Positions 13,838 through 28,030 of a stretch of 64,000 nucleotides of DNA are shown here, in pieces; position 1 is the first letter of the stretch; the number at the start of each line of letters is the position of its first letter. The position numbers were made by a program, and so were the translations under genes. Source of the DNA: Eledone cirrhosa (lineage: Eukaryota). Under the pieces are notes generated by a model. That model saw only the letters and a program-made list of their open reading frames with translations, searched no databases and was not told the origin of the DNA. Where the stretch lies: assembly GCA_964016885.1 (NCBI GenBank), contig OZ024752.1:42098001-42162000 (forward strand), in the 5' to 3' direction.

Positions 13838-14911
13838 GGTTATAAACGATCATAATAAAACACTTGAGCCTAGTCCTTTCCTATCTACAGTTTTGTTCCC
13901 TAAATTATATTAATTATTTATGTCTACTTGTTTTGTTTTTTAATGTATAATTTTCTATTTGTAGAAAGCGATACGGAAACGTATAAAATATTAATTTATT
14001 GTTTAATTTTACGTTGGCCATAAACAGCAGACGACAGCCTCGTTGTGGTAGAGCGATCATGTTAATAAAGACACGAGATAATTGACGATGAAAGTTAGAA
14101 TTTGTGTTGGTCGATTGTGTTGCTAGAAGTAGCACTGGAAACTACATTCATCTCCCTTCTGTTTGATTTCTAAAGCGGGAAGCAGTCATTAGATAATAAA
14201 GTGAACGATATACTGAAAAAGCCTGGACGATTACAGCTGGTCTGTCTTCGTTTTAATATGAAGGAATGCTGATTTAGTAGGGAAACAAGTTACGGCTCAT
14301 AGCAGTTTTTGTTATTGAAATAAAATGCTGAAAGAGTGTTTTAAAACCTCAAATGAAGCAATATTTATTTCATTGAAATATTTTTTGAGAAAAGAAAGCA
14401 GGCAATCAGATGTATTGATAAGTTTGAGTGGCATAAGTGATTATAATGTTGTGAGTAATCTCCCTTTGTGAATGGGGTTCGAATCGCAGCAAAGTTGGTC
14501 TGGTGATAGTGGTTAACTTGGTTGTAGTTTAATATAGTGGAATGTAATGATTTGTATGAATGGTTAAAATAAGGATAGTTATAGATTGGGTGTTGGGGGG
14601 AGCATGCTAAATATGAAAAGTTTTATTTACCGTTGTATAAATAACATTATAAATTATTCCCAATTGTTTGAGAATGATAATTTAAACAGAAGTATAAAGA
14701 CGTGTATATTAAATAGAATTAACTATTGCTAGGAAGATCATAAATATAACATCTAAATATAGGACGGTAAGGAGAGAAAGAAAGAAAATGAAACATAAAT
14801 ATAAACGAGCACCATTTCAGCAGGTTGTATATAATTGATAAAATATATTTTCTTGTTCTATAGTAAATAGGTAAATAGATTAAATAGAAATGTATTTAAA
14901 TTAGTAAAATT

Positions 14912-15208
14912 GAAATTGGTGTTCAGTTATATCGAACAGGCTGCTAATCGACAACTATTCACAGGCGCGATCCCACTACTGCTCAACACGGGGTCTTTTG
15001 CCTGCTGCGTTTCCGCCCTGGGCCGAAGCAACCCTCCTTAGTCAACCTGGTTCTAGTGAGCTCCCTCTCCAGCACCATATTGATGACGAGCTTAGCGCGG
15101 ACACCCGATCGCCATAGAAGACCGACTACCAGGTCTCCCATTCCCAAACCGGCCAACCAACCAAACTTCCAAGCAGCTAGATTACAGGAGCACGCCACAA
15201 CTCCCAGC
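14912..15208 (-). ncRNA. RN7SL: 7SL / SRP RNA, copy 7 (long T-run deleted)
   Basis: Full core; 3' end reads caccaatttcaatttt. Confidence 0.92.
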
Positions 15209-16110
15209 GGTTACAGACGATCATAATTAAACACTTGAGCCTAGTCTTTTACTATCTACAGTTTTGTTCCCTAAATTATATTAAATATTTATGTCTACTT
15301 GTTTTTTTTTTAATGTATAATTTTCTATTTGTAGAAAGCGATACTAAAACGTATAAAATATTAATTTATTGTTTAATTTTACGTTGGCCATAAACAGCAG
15401 ACGACAGCCTCGTTGTGGTAGAGAGATGGTGTTAGTAAAGACAGGCGAGATAATTGACGAATAAATTTAGCATTTGTGTTGGTCGATTGTGTTGCTAGAA
15501 GTAGCAGTGGAATCCACATCCATATCCCTTTTGTGTGATTTTTAAAGTGGGAAAGAATCTTTAGATAATATAATCAAAGATTCACTGAAAAAGACGGCAT
15601 AATAACAGCCGGCCTGTCTTCGTAGATATATGAACGAAGGTTGATTTGGAAAGGAAACAAGTAGCGACTCACAGCAGTTTTTGTTATTGAATTTAAATGT
15701 GGAAACAATGTTTTATTTCCACAAGTAAAATAATATTTATTTCATTGAAATAATTAAAAGAAAGAAGAAATAATCGACGATGTGATCATACGACGGTGAG
15801 AGTGTATTGATAAGTTTGAGTAGGCATTAGTGGGTGTAATATTTTGAGTTATTTCCCTTCACAATGTTGGTTCGAATCACAGTAAAGTTGGTTTTGTTAC
15901 ACTGGCTATGGGTTGTAGTTTGTCTAAAATACGGTGTGATTTAGTATAGTGGAGGGATGTGTATTTGTTGTAGAATGTTGTATATTATTGATAATATATA
16001 TTACTATTATATATTTGATGCATCTATAAGTATATAGGATAAATAGTTGAAGGTATAAGAGAAATGAATAAAAATGTATTTAAATTAATAAAAGTGGAAA
16101 AAAAAAAAAT

Positions 16111-16407
16111 GAGACTGGTGTTCAGTTATATCGAACAGGCTGCTAATCGACAACTATTCACAGGCGCGATCCCACTACTGCTCAACACGGGGTCTTTTGC
16201 CTGCTGCGTTTCCGCCCTGGGCCGAAGCAATCCTCCTTAGTCAACCTGGTTCTAGTGAGCTCCCTCTCCAGCACCATATTGATGCCGAGCTTAGCGCGGA
16301 CACCCGATCGCCATAGAAGACCGACTACCAGGTCTCCCATTCTCAAACCGGCCAACCAACCAAGCTTCCAAGTAGCTAGATTACAGGAGCACGCCACAAC
16401 TCCCAGC
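16111..16407 (-). ncRNA. RN7SL: 7SL / SRP RNA, copy 8
   Basis: Full core plus T-run. Confidence 0.95.
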
Positions 16408-17447
16408 AATTACAGACGATGAAAATTAATCACTTGAGCCTAGTCTTTTCCTATCTACAGTTTTGTTCCCTAAATTATATTAATTATTTATGTCTACTTG
16501 TTTTTTTTTAATGTATAATTTTTTATTTGTAGAAAACGATACGAAAACGTATAAAATATTAATTTATTGTTTAATTTTACGTTGGCCATAAACAGCAGAC
16601 GACAGCCTCGTTGTGGTAGAGAGATGGTGTTAGTAAAGACAGGCGAGATAATTGACGAAGAAAGTTAACATTTGTGTTGCTCGATTGTGTTGCTAGAAGT
16701 AGCAGTGGAATCCACATCCATATCCCTTCCCTGTGATTTCTAAAGCGGCAAGTAGTCATTAGATAATATAGTCAACGATGCACTGAAAAAGCCTGGGCGA
16801 TAACAGCTGGTCTGTTTTCGTGGATTTAGAAAGGAAACACGTAGCGGCTCACGGTCATTTTTGTTATTGAAATAAAATGAAGAAACTGTTTTAATTGCAC
16901 AAATAAGACAATATGTATATCATTGAAATACTTTTTTAGAAAAGAAAGCAGGCGATCACCAGATGGAGGGAAAGAGGGGGGTGTATTGATAAGTTTGAGT
17001 GGCATAAGTTAGTATAATGTTGTGAGTAATCTCCCTTTATGAATAAGGTTCGAATCGCAGCAAAGTTGGTCTGGTGATAGTGGTTACATTGGTTGTAGGT
17101 GGTCTGATGGGGTGTAATTTAGTATAGGGGAATGTAATGGTTTGTATGAATGGTTAAAATAAGGATGGTTGATGATTTGTGGGGAGGGATGTTAAATATG
17201 AAAAATTATATTTACCGTTGTATAAATAACATTATAAATTATTCCCAATAGTTTGAGAAGGAAAATCTAAACAAATGTATAAAGCCGTGTATATTAAATA
17301 GAATTAACTATTGCTAGTAGGGTCATAAATATAACATATAAATATAGGAAGGAGAGAAAGAAAGAAAATGTAACATAAATATAAACGAGCACCATTTCAG
17401 CAGGTTGTATATAATTGATAAAAAAAATCTTCTTGTTCTATAGTAAA

Positions 17448-18305
17448 CTAGCAGTAAAGCCCGGCGTTGCTCGGGGTCGCTCAGTAGCTGTGTTAAAGTT
17501 ACAATGTTAAGTTTCTTTTTGGGCTTAAAGTCTGTCTGCACGACTGTCTGTCTGCACGCCTAACGAAATTTACAGATACATATATTTTAAATAAACTTAT
17601 ATAATTTTTGCTTTTTTTTACGAAATATTTGCTTGTTTTACGTAGTCTTTAAATAGACTTGTTTTCAAGTAAAAATATTGTTTTAAAAGGCTTTTAAATG
17701 GAAATGAAGCAAAACGGAAGCTTAGTGTTCGAACTGATGAATTTTGCAGGTCAAAATTTTGCTGGCTCGACAACTGTTCGTGTATTGTGTTAATGTCATT
17801 TTAAACGCTGAGAAAGCCAGCGTAATTTTTTAAATTTTTGCACGCAGTAAGACGCTCAATGTAAACAGAACAAAGGGAAATAACTCGTCACTTACGCTCA
17901 AAAATCGATACATTAGATTCGATTTCGTCACATAGGGTTGGTCAATTTGAAATATTTTTTTTCCGATGTCTTCGCTAGGGCTCAATGTACAAGTATAGCA
18001 ATTTCGGTGCAATTCCGTCAGAGATTCTAAGAGGATATGTGCCAAAAATCGATAGACAGACAGACAACCACAGCTTTATATATATAGAACAAAGGGAAAT
18101 AACTCGTCACTTACGCTCAAAAATCGATACATTAGATTCGATTTCGTCACATAGGGTGGATCAATTTGAAATATTTTTTTTCCGATGTCTTCGCTAGGGC
18201 TCAATGTACAAGTATAACAATTTCGGTGCAATTCCGTCAGAGATTCTAAGAGGAGATGTGTCCCAAAAATCGATAGACAGACAACCACAGCTTTATATAT
18301 ATAGA
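17448..18305 (-). mobile_element. Non-autonomous Helitron inserted in a 7SL spacer
   Basis: On the minus strand it starts TCTATATA and ends in hairpin CCCGAGCAACGCCGGG followed by CTAG. It sits between A and T with no TSD; the empty site tagtaaa|taagt is seen in other spacers. Confidence 0.85.
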
Positions 18306-18361
18306 TAAGTAAATAGATGAAATAAAGATGTATTTAAATTAATAAAATTGAAAAAAAAAAC

Positions 18362-18658
18362 GAGATTGGTGTTCAGTTATATCGAACAGGCTGCTAATCG
18401 ACAACTATTCACAGGCGCGATCCCACTACTGCTCAACACGGGGTCTTTTGCCTGCTGCGTTTCCGCCCTGGGCCGAAGCAATCCTCCTTAGTCAACCTGG
18501 TTCTAGTGAGCTCCCTCTCCAGCACCATATTGATGCCGAGCTTAGCGCGGACACCCGATCGCCATAGAAGACCGACTACCAGGTCTCCCATTCTCAAACC
18601 GGCCAACCAACCAAGCTTCCAAGTAGCTAGATTACAGGAGCACGCCACAACTCCCAGC
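18362..18658 (-). ncRNA. RN7SL: 7SL / SRP RNA, copy 9
   Basis: Full core plus T-run. Confidence 0.95.
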
Positions 18659-19757
18659 GGTTACAAACGATCAAAATAAAACACTTGAGCCTAGTCTTTT
18701 CCTATCTACAGTTTTGTTCCCTAAATTATATTAATTATTTATATCTACTTGTTTTTTTTTTTAATGTATAATTTTCTATTTGTAGAAAACGATACGAAAA
18801 CGTATAAAATATTAATTTATTGTTTAATTTTACGTTGGCCATAAACAGCAGACGACAGCCTCGTTGTGGTAGAGAGATCATGTTAATAAAGATACGAGAT
18901 AATTGATGAAGAAAGTTAGCATTTGTGTTGGTCGATTGTGTAGCTAGAAGTAGCAGTGGAATCCACATCCATATCGCTTCCCTGTGATTTCTAAAGCGGC
19001 AAGTAGTCATTAGATAATATAGTCAACGATGCACTGAAAAAGCCTGGGCGATAACAGCTGGTCTGTCTTCGTTGATTTAGAAAGGAAAGAAGCAACGGAT
19101 CACAGTCGGTTTTGTTATTGAAATAAAATGAGGAAACAGTGTTTTAATTGTACAAATAAGACAATATGTATATCATTGAAATACTTTTTTAGAAAAGAAA
19201 GCAGGCGATCACCAGATGCAGGGAAGAAGTGGGGGGTGTATTGATAAGTTTGAGTGGCATAAGTTAGTATAATGTTGTGAGTAATCTCCCTTTATGAATA
19301 AGGTTCGAACCTCAGCAAAGTTGGTCTGGTGATAGTGGTTACATTGGTTGTAGGTGGTCTGATGGGGTGTAATTTAGTATAGGGGAATGTAATGGTTTGT
19401 ATGAATGGTTAAAATAAGGACGGTTGATGATTTGTGTGGAGGGATGTTAAATATGAAAATTTTTATTTACCGTTGTATAAATAGCATTATAAATTATCCC
19501 CAATTGTTTGAGAAGGAAAATCTAAACAGAAGTATAAAACCGTGTATATTAAATAGAATTAACTATTGGTAGGAGGGTCATAAATATAACATATAATTAT
19601 AGGTAGGAGAGAAAGAAAGAAAATGTAACATAAATATAAACGAGCACCACTTCAGCAGGTTGTATATAATTGATAAAAAATATCTTCTTGTTCTATAGTA
19701 AATAGGTAAATAGATGAAATAAAGATGTATTTAAATTAATAAAAGTGAAAAAAAAAT

Positions 19758-20054
19758 GAGATTGGTGTTCAGTTATATCGAACAGGCTGCTAATCGACAA
19801 CTATTCACAGGCGCGATCCCACTACTGCTCAACACGGGGTCTTTTGCCTGCTGCGTTTCCGCCCTGGGCCGAAGCAACCCTCCTTAGTCAACCTGGTTCT
19901 AGTGAGCTCCCTCTCCAGCACCATATTGATGCCGAGCTTAGCGCGGACACCCGATCGCCATAGAAGACCGACTATCAGGTCTCCCATTCTCAAACCGGCC
20001 AACCAACCAAACTTCCAAGTAGCTAGATTACAGGAGCACGCCACAACTCCCAGC
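19758..20054 (-). ncRNA. RN7SL: 7SL / SRP RNA, copy 10
   Basis: Full core plus T-run. Confidence 0.95.
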
Positions 20055-21138
20055 GGTTACAGACGATAAAAATAAAACACTTGAGCCTAGTCTTTTCCTA
20101 TCTACAGTTTTGTTCCCTAAATTATATTAATTATTTATGTCTACTTGTTTTGTTTTTTAATGTATAATTTTCTATTTGTAGAAAGCGATACGGAAACGTA
20201 TAAAATATTAATTTATTGTTTAATTTTACGTTGGCCATAAACAGCAGACGACAGCCTCGTTGTGGTAGAGCGATCATGTTAATAAAGACACGAGATAATT
20301 GACGATGAAAGTTAGAATTTGTGTTGGTCGATTGTGTTGCTAGAAGTAGCAGTGGAAACTACATTCATCTCCCTTCTGTTTGATTTCTAAAGCGGGAAGG
20401 AGTCATTAGATAATAAAGTGAACGATATACTGAAAAAGCCTGGACGATTACAGCTGGTCTGTCTTCGTTTTAATATGAAGGAATGCTGATTTAGTAGGGA
20501 AACAAGTAGCGGCTCATAGCAGTTTTTGTTATTGAAATAAAATGCTGAAAGAGTGTTTTAATTCCTCAAATGAAACAATATTTATTTTATTGAAATAATT
20601 TTTGAGAAAAGAAAGCAGGCAATCAGATGTATTGATAAGTTTGAGTGGCATAAGTGATTATAATGTTGTGAGTAATCTCCCTTTGTTAATGGGGTTCGAA
20701 TCGCAGCAAAGTTGGTCTGGTGAAAGTGGTTACATTGGTTGTAGTTTAATATAGTGGAATGTAATGGTTTGTATGAATGGTTGAAATAAGGATGGTTATA
20801 GATTGTGTGTTGGGGGGAGCATGCTAAATATGAAAAGTTATATTTACCGTTGTATAAATAACATTATAAATTATTCCCAATTGTTTGAGAATGACAATTT
20901 AAACAGAAGTATAAAGACGTGTATATTAAATAGAATTAACTATTGCTAGGAAGATCATAAATATAACATCTAAATATAGAACGGGAAGGAGAGAAAGAAA
21001 GAAAATGAAACATAAATATAAACGAGCACCATTTCAGCAGGTTGCATATAATTGATAAAATATATTTTCTTGTTCTATAGTAAATAGGTAAATAGATTAA
21101 ATAGAAATGTATTTAAATTAGTAAAATTGAAAAAAAAT

Positions 21139-21435
21139 GAGATTGGTGTTCAGTTATATCGAACAGGCTGCTAATCGACAACTATTCACAGGCGCGATCC
21201 CACTACTGCTCAACACGGGGTCTTTTGCCTGCTGCGTTTCCGCCCTGGGCCGAAGCAACCCTCCTTAGTCAACCTGGTTCTAGTGAGCTCCCTCTCCAGC
21301 ACCATATTGATGCCGAGCTTAGCGCGGACACCCGATCGCCATAGAAGACCGACTACCAGGTCTCCCATTCCCAAACCGGCCAACCAACCAAACTTCCAAG
21401 TAGCTAGATTACAGGAGCACGCCACAACTCCCAGC
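21139..21435 (-). ncRNA. RN7SL: 7SL / SRP RNA, copy 11
   Basis: Full core plus T-run. Confidence 0.95.
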
Positions 21436-22529
21436 GGTTATAAACGATGAAAATTAAACACTTGAGCCTAGTCTTTTCCTATCTACAGTTTTGTTCCCTA
21501 AATTATATTAATTATTTATGTCTACTTGTTTTTTTTTCATGTATAATTTTCTATTTGTAGAAAGCGATACGAAAACATATAAAATATTAATTTATTGTTT
21601 AATTTTAGAGTTGGCCATAAACAGCAGACGACAGCCTCGTTGTGGTAGAGAGATCATGTTAATAAAGACACGAGATAATTGACGAAGAAAGTTAGCATTT
21701 GTGTTGGTCGATTGTGTAGCTAGAAGTAGCAGTGGAATCCACATCCATATCGCTTCCCTGTGTTTTCTAAAGCGGCAAGTAGTCATTAGATAATATAGTC
21801 AACGATGCACTGAAAAAGCCTGGGCGATAACAGCTGGTCTGTCTTCGTTGATTTAGAAAGGAAACACGTAGCGGCTCACAGTCATTTTTGTTATTGAAAT
21901 AAAATGAAGAAACTGTTTTAATTGCACAAATAAGACAATATGTATATCATTGAAATACTTTTTTAGAAAAGAAAGCAGGCGATCACCATATGGAGGGAAA
22001 GAGGGGGGGGTGTATTGATAAGTTTGAGTGGCATAAGTTAGTATAATGTTGTGAGTAATCTCCCTTTATGAATAAGGTTCGAATCGCAGCAAAGTTGGTC
22101 TGGTGATAGTGGTTACATTCGTTGTAGGTGGTCTGATGGGGTGTAATTTAGTATAGGGGAATGTAATGGTTTGTATGAATGGTTAAAATAAGGATGGTTG
22201 ATGATTTGTGGGGAGGGATGTTAAATATGAAAAATTTTATTTACCGTTGTATAAATAACATTATAAATTATTCCCAATAGTTTGAGAATGAAAATCTACA
22301 GAAGTATAAAGCCGTGTATATTAAATAGAATTAACTATTGCTAGGAGGGTCATAAATATAACATATAAATATAGGAAGGAGAGAAAGAAAGAAAATGTAA
22401 CATAAATATAAACGAGCACCATTTCAGCAGGTTGTATATAATTGATAAAAAATATCTTTTTGTTCTATAGTAAATAAGTAAATAGATGAAATAAAGATGT
22501 ATTTAAATTAATAAAATTGAAAAAAAAAC

Positions 22530-22826
22530 GAGATTGGTGTTCAGTTATATCGAACAGGCTGCTAATCGACAACTATTCACAGGCGCGATCCCACTACTGC
22601 TCAACACGGGGTCTTTTGCCTGCTGCGTTTCCGCCCTGGGCCGAGGCAACCCTCCTTAGTCAACCTGGTTCTAGTGAGCTCCCTCTCCAGCACCATATTG
22701 ATGCCGAGCTTAGCGCGGACACCCGATCGCCATAGAAGACCGACTACCAGGTCTCCCATTCCCAAACCGGCCAACCAACCAAGCTTCCAAGCAGCTAGAT
22801 TACAGGAGCACGCCACAACTCCCAGC
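22530..22826 (-). ncRNA. RN7SL: 7SL / SRP RNA, copy 12
   Basis: Full core plus T-run. Confidence 0.95.
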
Positions 22827-23908
22827 GATTATAAACGATCAAAATTAATCACTTGAGCCTAGTCTTTTCCTATCTACAGTTTTATTCCCTAAATTATATT
22901 AATCATTTATGTCTACTTGTTTTTTTTTAATGAATAATTTTCTATTTGTAGAAAGGGATAGGAAAACATATAAAATATTAATTTATTGTTTAATTTTACG
23001 TTGGCCATAAACAGCAGACGACAGCCTCGTTGTGGTAGAGCGATCATGTTAATAAAGACACGAGATAATTGACGATGAAAGTTAGAATTTGTGTTGGTCG
23101 ATTGTGTTGCTAGAAGTAGCAGTGGAAACTACATTCATCTCCCTTCTGTTTGATTTCTAAAGCGGGAAGGAGTCATTAGATAATAAAGTGAACGATATAC
23201 TGAAAAAGCCTGGACGATTACAGCTGGTCTGTCTTCGTTTTAATATGAAGGAATGCTGATTTAGTAGGGAAACAAGTTACGGCTCATAGCAGTTTTTGTT
23301 ATTGAAATAAAATGCTGAAAGAGTGTTTTAAAACCTCAAATGAAACAATATTTATTTCATTGAAATATTTTTTGAGAAAAGAAAGCAGGCAATCAGATGT
23401 ATTGATAAGTTTGAGTGGCATAAGTGATTATAATGTTGTGAGTAATCTCCCTTTGTGAATGGGGTTCGAATCGCAGCAAAGTTGGTCTGGTGATAGTGGT
23501 TAACTTGGTTGTAGTTTAATATAGTGGCATGTAATGGTTTGTATGAATGGTTAAAATAAGGATGGTTATAGATTGGGTGTTGTGGGGAGCATGCTAAATA
23601 TGAAAAGTTTTATTTACCGTTGTATAAATAACATTATAAATTATTCCCAATTGTTTGAGAATGATAAATTAAACAGAAGTATAAAGACGTGTATATTAAA
23701 TAGAATTAACTATTGCTAGGAAGATCATAAATATAACATCTAAATATAGGACGGGAAGGAGAGAAAGAAAGAAAATGAAACATAAAAATAATCGAGCACC
23801 ATTTCAGCAGGTTGTATATAATTGATAAAATATATTTTCTTCTTCTATAGTAAATAGGTAAATAGATTAAATAGAGATGTATTTAAATTAGTAAAATTGA
23901 AAAAATAT

Positions 23909-24205
23909 GAGATTGGTGTTCAGTTATATCGAACAGGCTGCTAATCGACAACTATTCACAGGCGCTATCCCACTACTGCTCAACACGGGGTCTTTTGCCT
24001 GCTGCGTTTCCGCCCTGGGCCGAAGCAACCCTCCTTAGTCAACCTGGTTCTAGTGAGCTCCCTCTCCAGCACCATATTGATGCCGAGCTTAGCGCGGACA
24101 CCCAATCGCCACAGAAGACCGACTACCAGGTCTCCCATTCTCAAACCGGCCAACCAACCAAGCTTCCAAGTAGCTAGATTACAGGAGCACGCCACAACTC
24201 CCAGC
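23909..24205 (-). ncRNA. RN7SL: 7SL / SRP RNA, copy 13
   Basis: Full core plus T-run. Confidence 0.95.
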
Positions 24206-25107
24206 GGTTACAAACGATCAAAATTAATCACTTGAGCCTAGTCTTTTACTATCTACAGTTTTGTTCCATAAATTATATTAATCATTTATGTTTTACTTGT
24301 TTTTTTTAATGTATAATTTTCTATTTGTAGAAAGCGATACGAAAACGTATAAAATATTAATTTATTGTTTAATTTTATGTTGGCCATAAACAGCAGACGA
24401 CAGCCTCGTTGTGGTAGAGAGATCATGTTAATAAAGACACGAGATAATTGACGAAGAAAGTTAGCATTTGTGTTGGTCGATTGTGTTGCTAGAAGTAGCA
24501 GTGGAATCCACATCTATATCCCTTCTGTGTGATTTTTAAAGTGGGAAAGAATCTTTAGATAATATAATCAAAGATTCACTGAAAAAGACAGCATAATAAC
24601 AGCCGGCCTGACTTCGTTGATATATGAACGAAGGTTGATTTGGAAAGGAAACAAGTAGCGACTCACAGCAGTTTTTGTTATTGAATTTAAATGTGGAAAC
24701 AATGTTTTATTTCCACAAGTAAAATAATATTTATTTCATTGAAATAATTAAAAGAAAGAAGAAATAAGTCGACGATGTGATCATACGACGGTGAGAGTGT
24801 ATTGATAAGTTTGAGTGGGCATTAGTGGGTGTAATATTTTGAGTTATTTCCCTTCACAATGTTGGTTCGAATCACAGAGAAGTTGGTTTTGTTACATTGG
24901 TTATGGGTTGTAGGTTGTCTAACATACGGTGTGATTTAGTATAGTGGATGGATGTGTATTAGTTGTAGAATGTTGTATATTATTGATAATATATATTACT
25001 ATTATATATTTGATGCATCTATAAGTATATAGGATAAATAGTTGAATGTATAAGAGAAATAAATAAAAACATATTTAAATTAATAAAGGTGAAAAAGAAA
25101 AAAAAAT

Positions 25108-25404
25108 GAGATTGGTGTTCAGTTATATCGAACAGGCTGCTAATCGACAACTATTCACAGGCGCGATCCCACTACTGCTCAACACGGGGTCTTTTGCCTG
25201 CTGCGTTTCCGCCCTGGGCCGAAGCAACCCTTCTTAGTCAACCTGGTTCTAGTGAGCTCCCTCTCCAGCACCATATTGATGCCGAGCTTAGCGCGGACAC
25301 CCGATCGCCATAGAAGACCGACTACCAGGTCTCCCATTCTCAAACCGGCCAACCAACCAAGCTTCCAAGTAGCTAGATTACAGGAGCACGCCACAACTCC
25401 CAGC
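25108..25404 (-). ncRNA. RN7SL: 7SL / SRP RNA, copy 14
   Basis: Full core plus T-run. Confidence 0.95.
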
Positions 25405-25578
25405 GGTTACAGACCATCAAAATTAATCACTTGAGCCTAGTCTTTTCCTATCTACAGTTTTGTTCCCTAAATTATATTAATTATTTATGTCTACTTGTTT
25501 TTTTTTTAATGTATAATTTTCTATTTGTAGAAAGCGATACGAAAACGTATAAAATATTAATTTATTGTTTATTTTTAC

Positions 25579-25703
25579 ATATAATTATGTATACGTACAT
25601 ACATATATGTATACAGACGTACAGTAGTATATATATATACATAGATGCACACATATATATATGTACGAATGGATTCACCAAACATTTATTATAATGCTCG
25701 GTG
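25579..25703 (-). mobile_element. 125-bp insertion with 13-bp target-site duplication
   Basis: Flanked by tgtttatttttac at 25566-25578 and 25704-25716; reverse complement is similar to 51100-51190. Confidence 0.75.
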
Positions 25704-26638
25704 TGTTTATTTTTACGTTGGCCATAAACAGCAGACGACATCCTCGTTGTGGTAGAGAGATGGTGTTAGTAAAGACAGGCGAGATAATTGACGAAGAAAG
25801 TTAACATTTGTGTTGCTCGATTGTGTTGCTAGAAGTAGCAGTGGAATCCACATCCATATCCCTTCGCTGTGATTTCTAAAGCGGCAAGTAGTCATGAGAT
25901 AATATAGTCAACGATGCACTGAAAAAGCCTGGGCGATAACAGCTGGTCTGTCTTCGTTGATTTAGAAAGGAAACACGTAGCGGCTCACGGTCATTTTTGT
26001 TATTGAAATAAAATGAAGAAACTGTTTTAATTGCACAAATAAGACAATAAGTATATCATTGAAATAATTTTTTTGAAAAGAAAGCAGGCCATCACCAGAT
26101 GGAGGGAAAGAGGGGGGTGTATTGATAAGTTTGAGTGGCATAAGTTAGTATAATGTTGTGAGTAATCTCCCTTTATGAATAAGGTTCGAACCTCAGCAAA
26201 GTTGGTCTGGTGATAGTGGTTACATTGGTTGTAGGTGGTCTGATGGGGTGTAATTTAGTATAGGGGAATGTAATGGTTTGTATGAATGGTTAAAATAAGG
26301 ACGGTTGATGATTTGTGTGTAGGGATGTTAAATATGAAAAATTTTATTTACCGTTGTATAAATAACATTATAAATTATTCCCAATTGTTTGAGAAAGAAA
26401 AGCTAAACAGAAGTATAAAACCGTGTATATTAAATAGAATTAACTATTGGTAGGAGGGTCATAAATATAACATATAAATATAGGTAGGAGAGAAAGAAAG
26501 AAAATGTAACAGAAATATAAACGAGCACCATTTCAGCAGGTTGTATATAATTGATAAAAAATATCTTCTTGTTCTATTGTAAATAAGTAAATAGATGAAA
26601 TAAAGATGCATTTAAATTAATAAAAGTGAAAAAAAAAT

Positions 26639-26935
26639 GAGATTGGTGTTCAGTTATATCGAACAGGCTGCTAATCGACAACTATTCACAGGCGCGATCC
26701 CACTACTGCTCAACACGGGGTCTTTTGCCTGCTGCGTTTCCGCCCTGGGCCGAAGCAACCCTCCTTAGTCAACCTGGTTCTAGTGAGCTCCCTCTCCAGC
26801 ACCATATTGATGCCGAGCTTAGCGCGGACACCCGATCGCCATAGAAGACAGACTACCAGGTCTCCAATTCCCAAACCGGCCAACCAACCAAGCTTCCAAG
26901 TAGCTAGATTACAGGAGCACGCCACAACTCCCAGC
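26639..26935 (-). ncRNA. RN7SL: 7SL / SRP RNA, copy 15
   Basis: Full core plus T-run. Confidence 0.95.
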
Positions 26936-28030
26936 AATTACAGACGATGAAAATTAATCACTTGAGCCTAGTCTTTTCCTATCTACAGTTTTGTTCCCTA
27001 AATTATATTAATCATTTATGTCTACTTGTTTTTTTTTAATGTATAATTTTCTATTTGTAGAAAGGGATACGAAAACGTATAAAATATTAATTTATTGTTT
27101 AATTTTACGTTGGCCATAAACAGCAGACGACAGCCTCGTTGTGGTAGAGAGATCATGTTAATAAAGACAAGCGAGATAATTGACGAAGAAAGTTAGCATT
27201 TGTGTTGGTCGATTGTGTAGCTAGAAGTAGCAGTGGAATCCACATCCATATACCTTCCCTGTGATTTCTAAAGCGGCAAGTAGTCATTAGATAATATAGT
27301 CAACGATGCACTGAAAAAGCCTGGGCGATAACAGCTGGTCTGTCTTCGTGGATTTAGAAAGGAAACACGTAGCGGCTCACGGTCATTTTTGTTATTGAAA
27401 TAAAATGAAGAAACTGTTTTAATTGCACAAATAAGACAATATGTATATCATTGAAATACTTTTTTAGAAAAGAAAGCAGGCGATCACCAGATGGAGGGAA
27501 AGAGGGGGGTGTATTGATAAGTTTGAGTGGCATAAGTTAGTATAATGTTGTGAGTAATCTCCCTTTATGAATAAGTTTCGAATCGCAGCAAAGTTGGTCT
27601 GGTGATAGTGGTTACATTGGTTGTAGGTGGTCTGATGGGGTGTAATTTAGTATAGGGGAATGTAATGGTTTGTATGAATGGTGAAAATAAGGATGGTTGA
27701 TGATTTGTGGGGATGGATGTTAAATATGAAAAAATTTATTTACCGTTGTATAAATAACATTATAAATTATTCCCAATAGTTTGAGAATGAAAATCTAAAC
27801 AGAAGTATAAAGCCGTGTATATTAAATAGAATTAACTATTGCTAGGAGGGTCATAAATATAACATATAAATATAGGAAGGAGAGAAAGAAAGAAAATGTA
27901 ACATAAATATAAACGAGCACCATTTCAGCAGGTTGTATATAATTGATAAAAAAAATCTTCTTGTTCTATAGTAAATAAGTAAATAGATGAAATAAAGATG
28001 TATTTAAATTAATAAAATTGAAAAAAAAAC

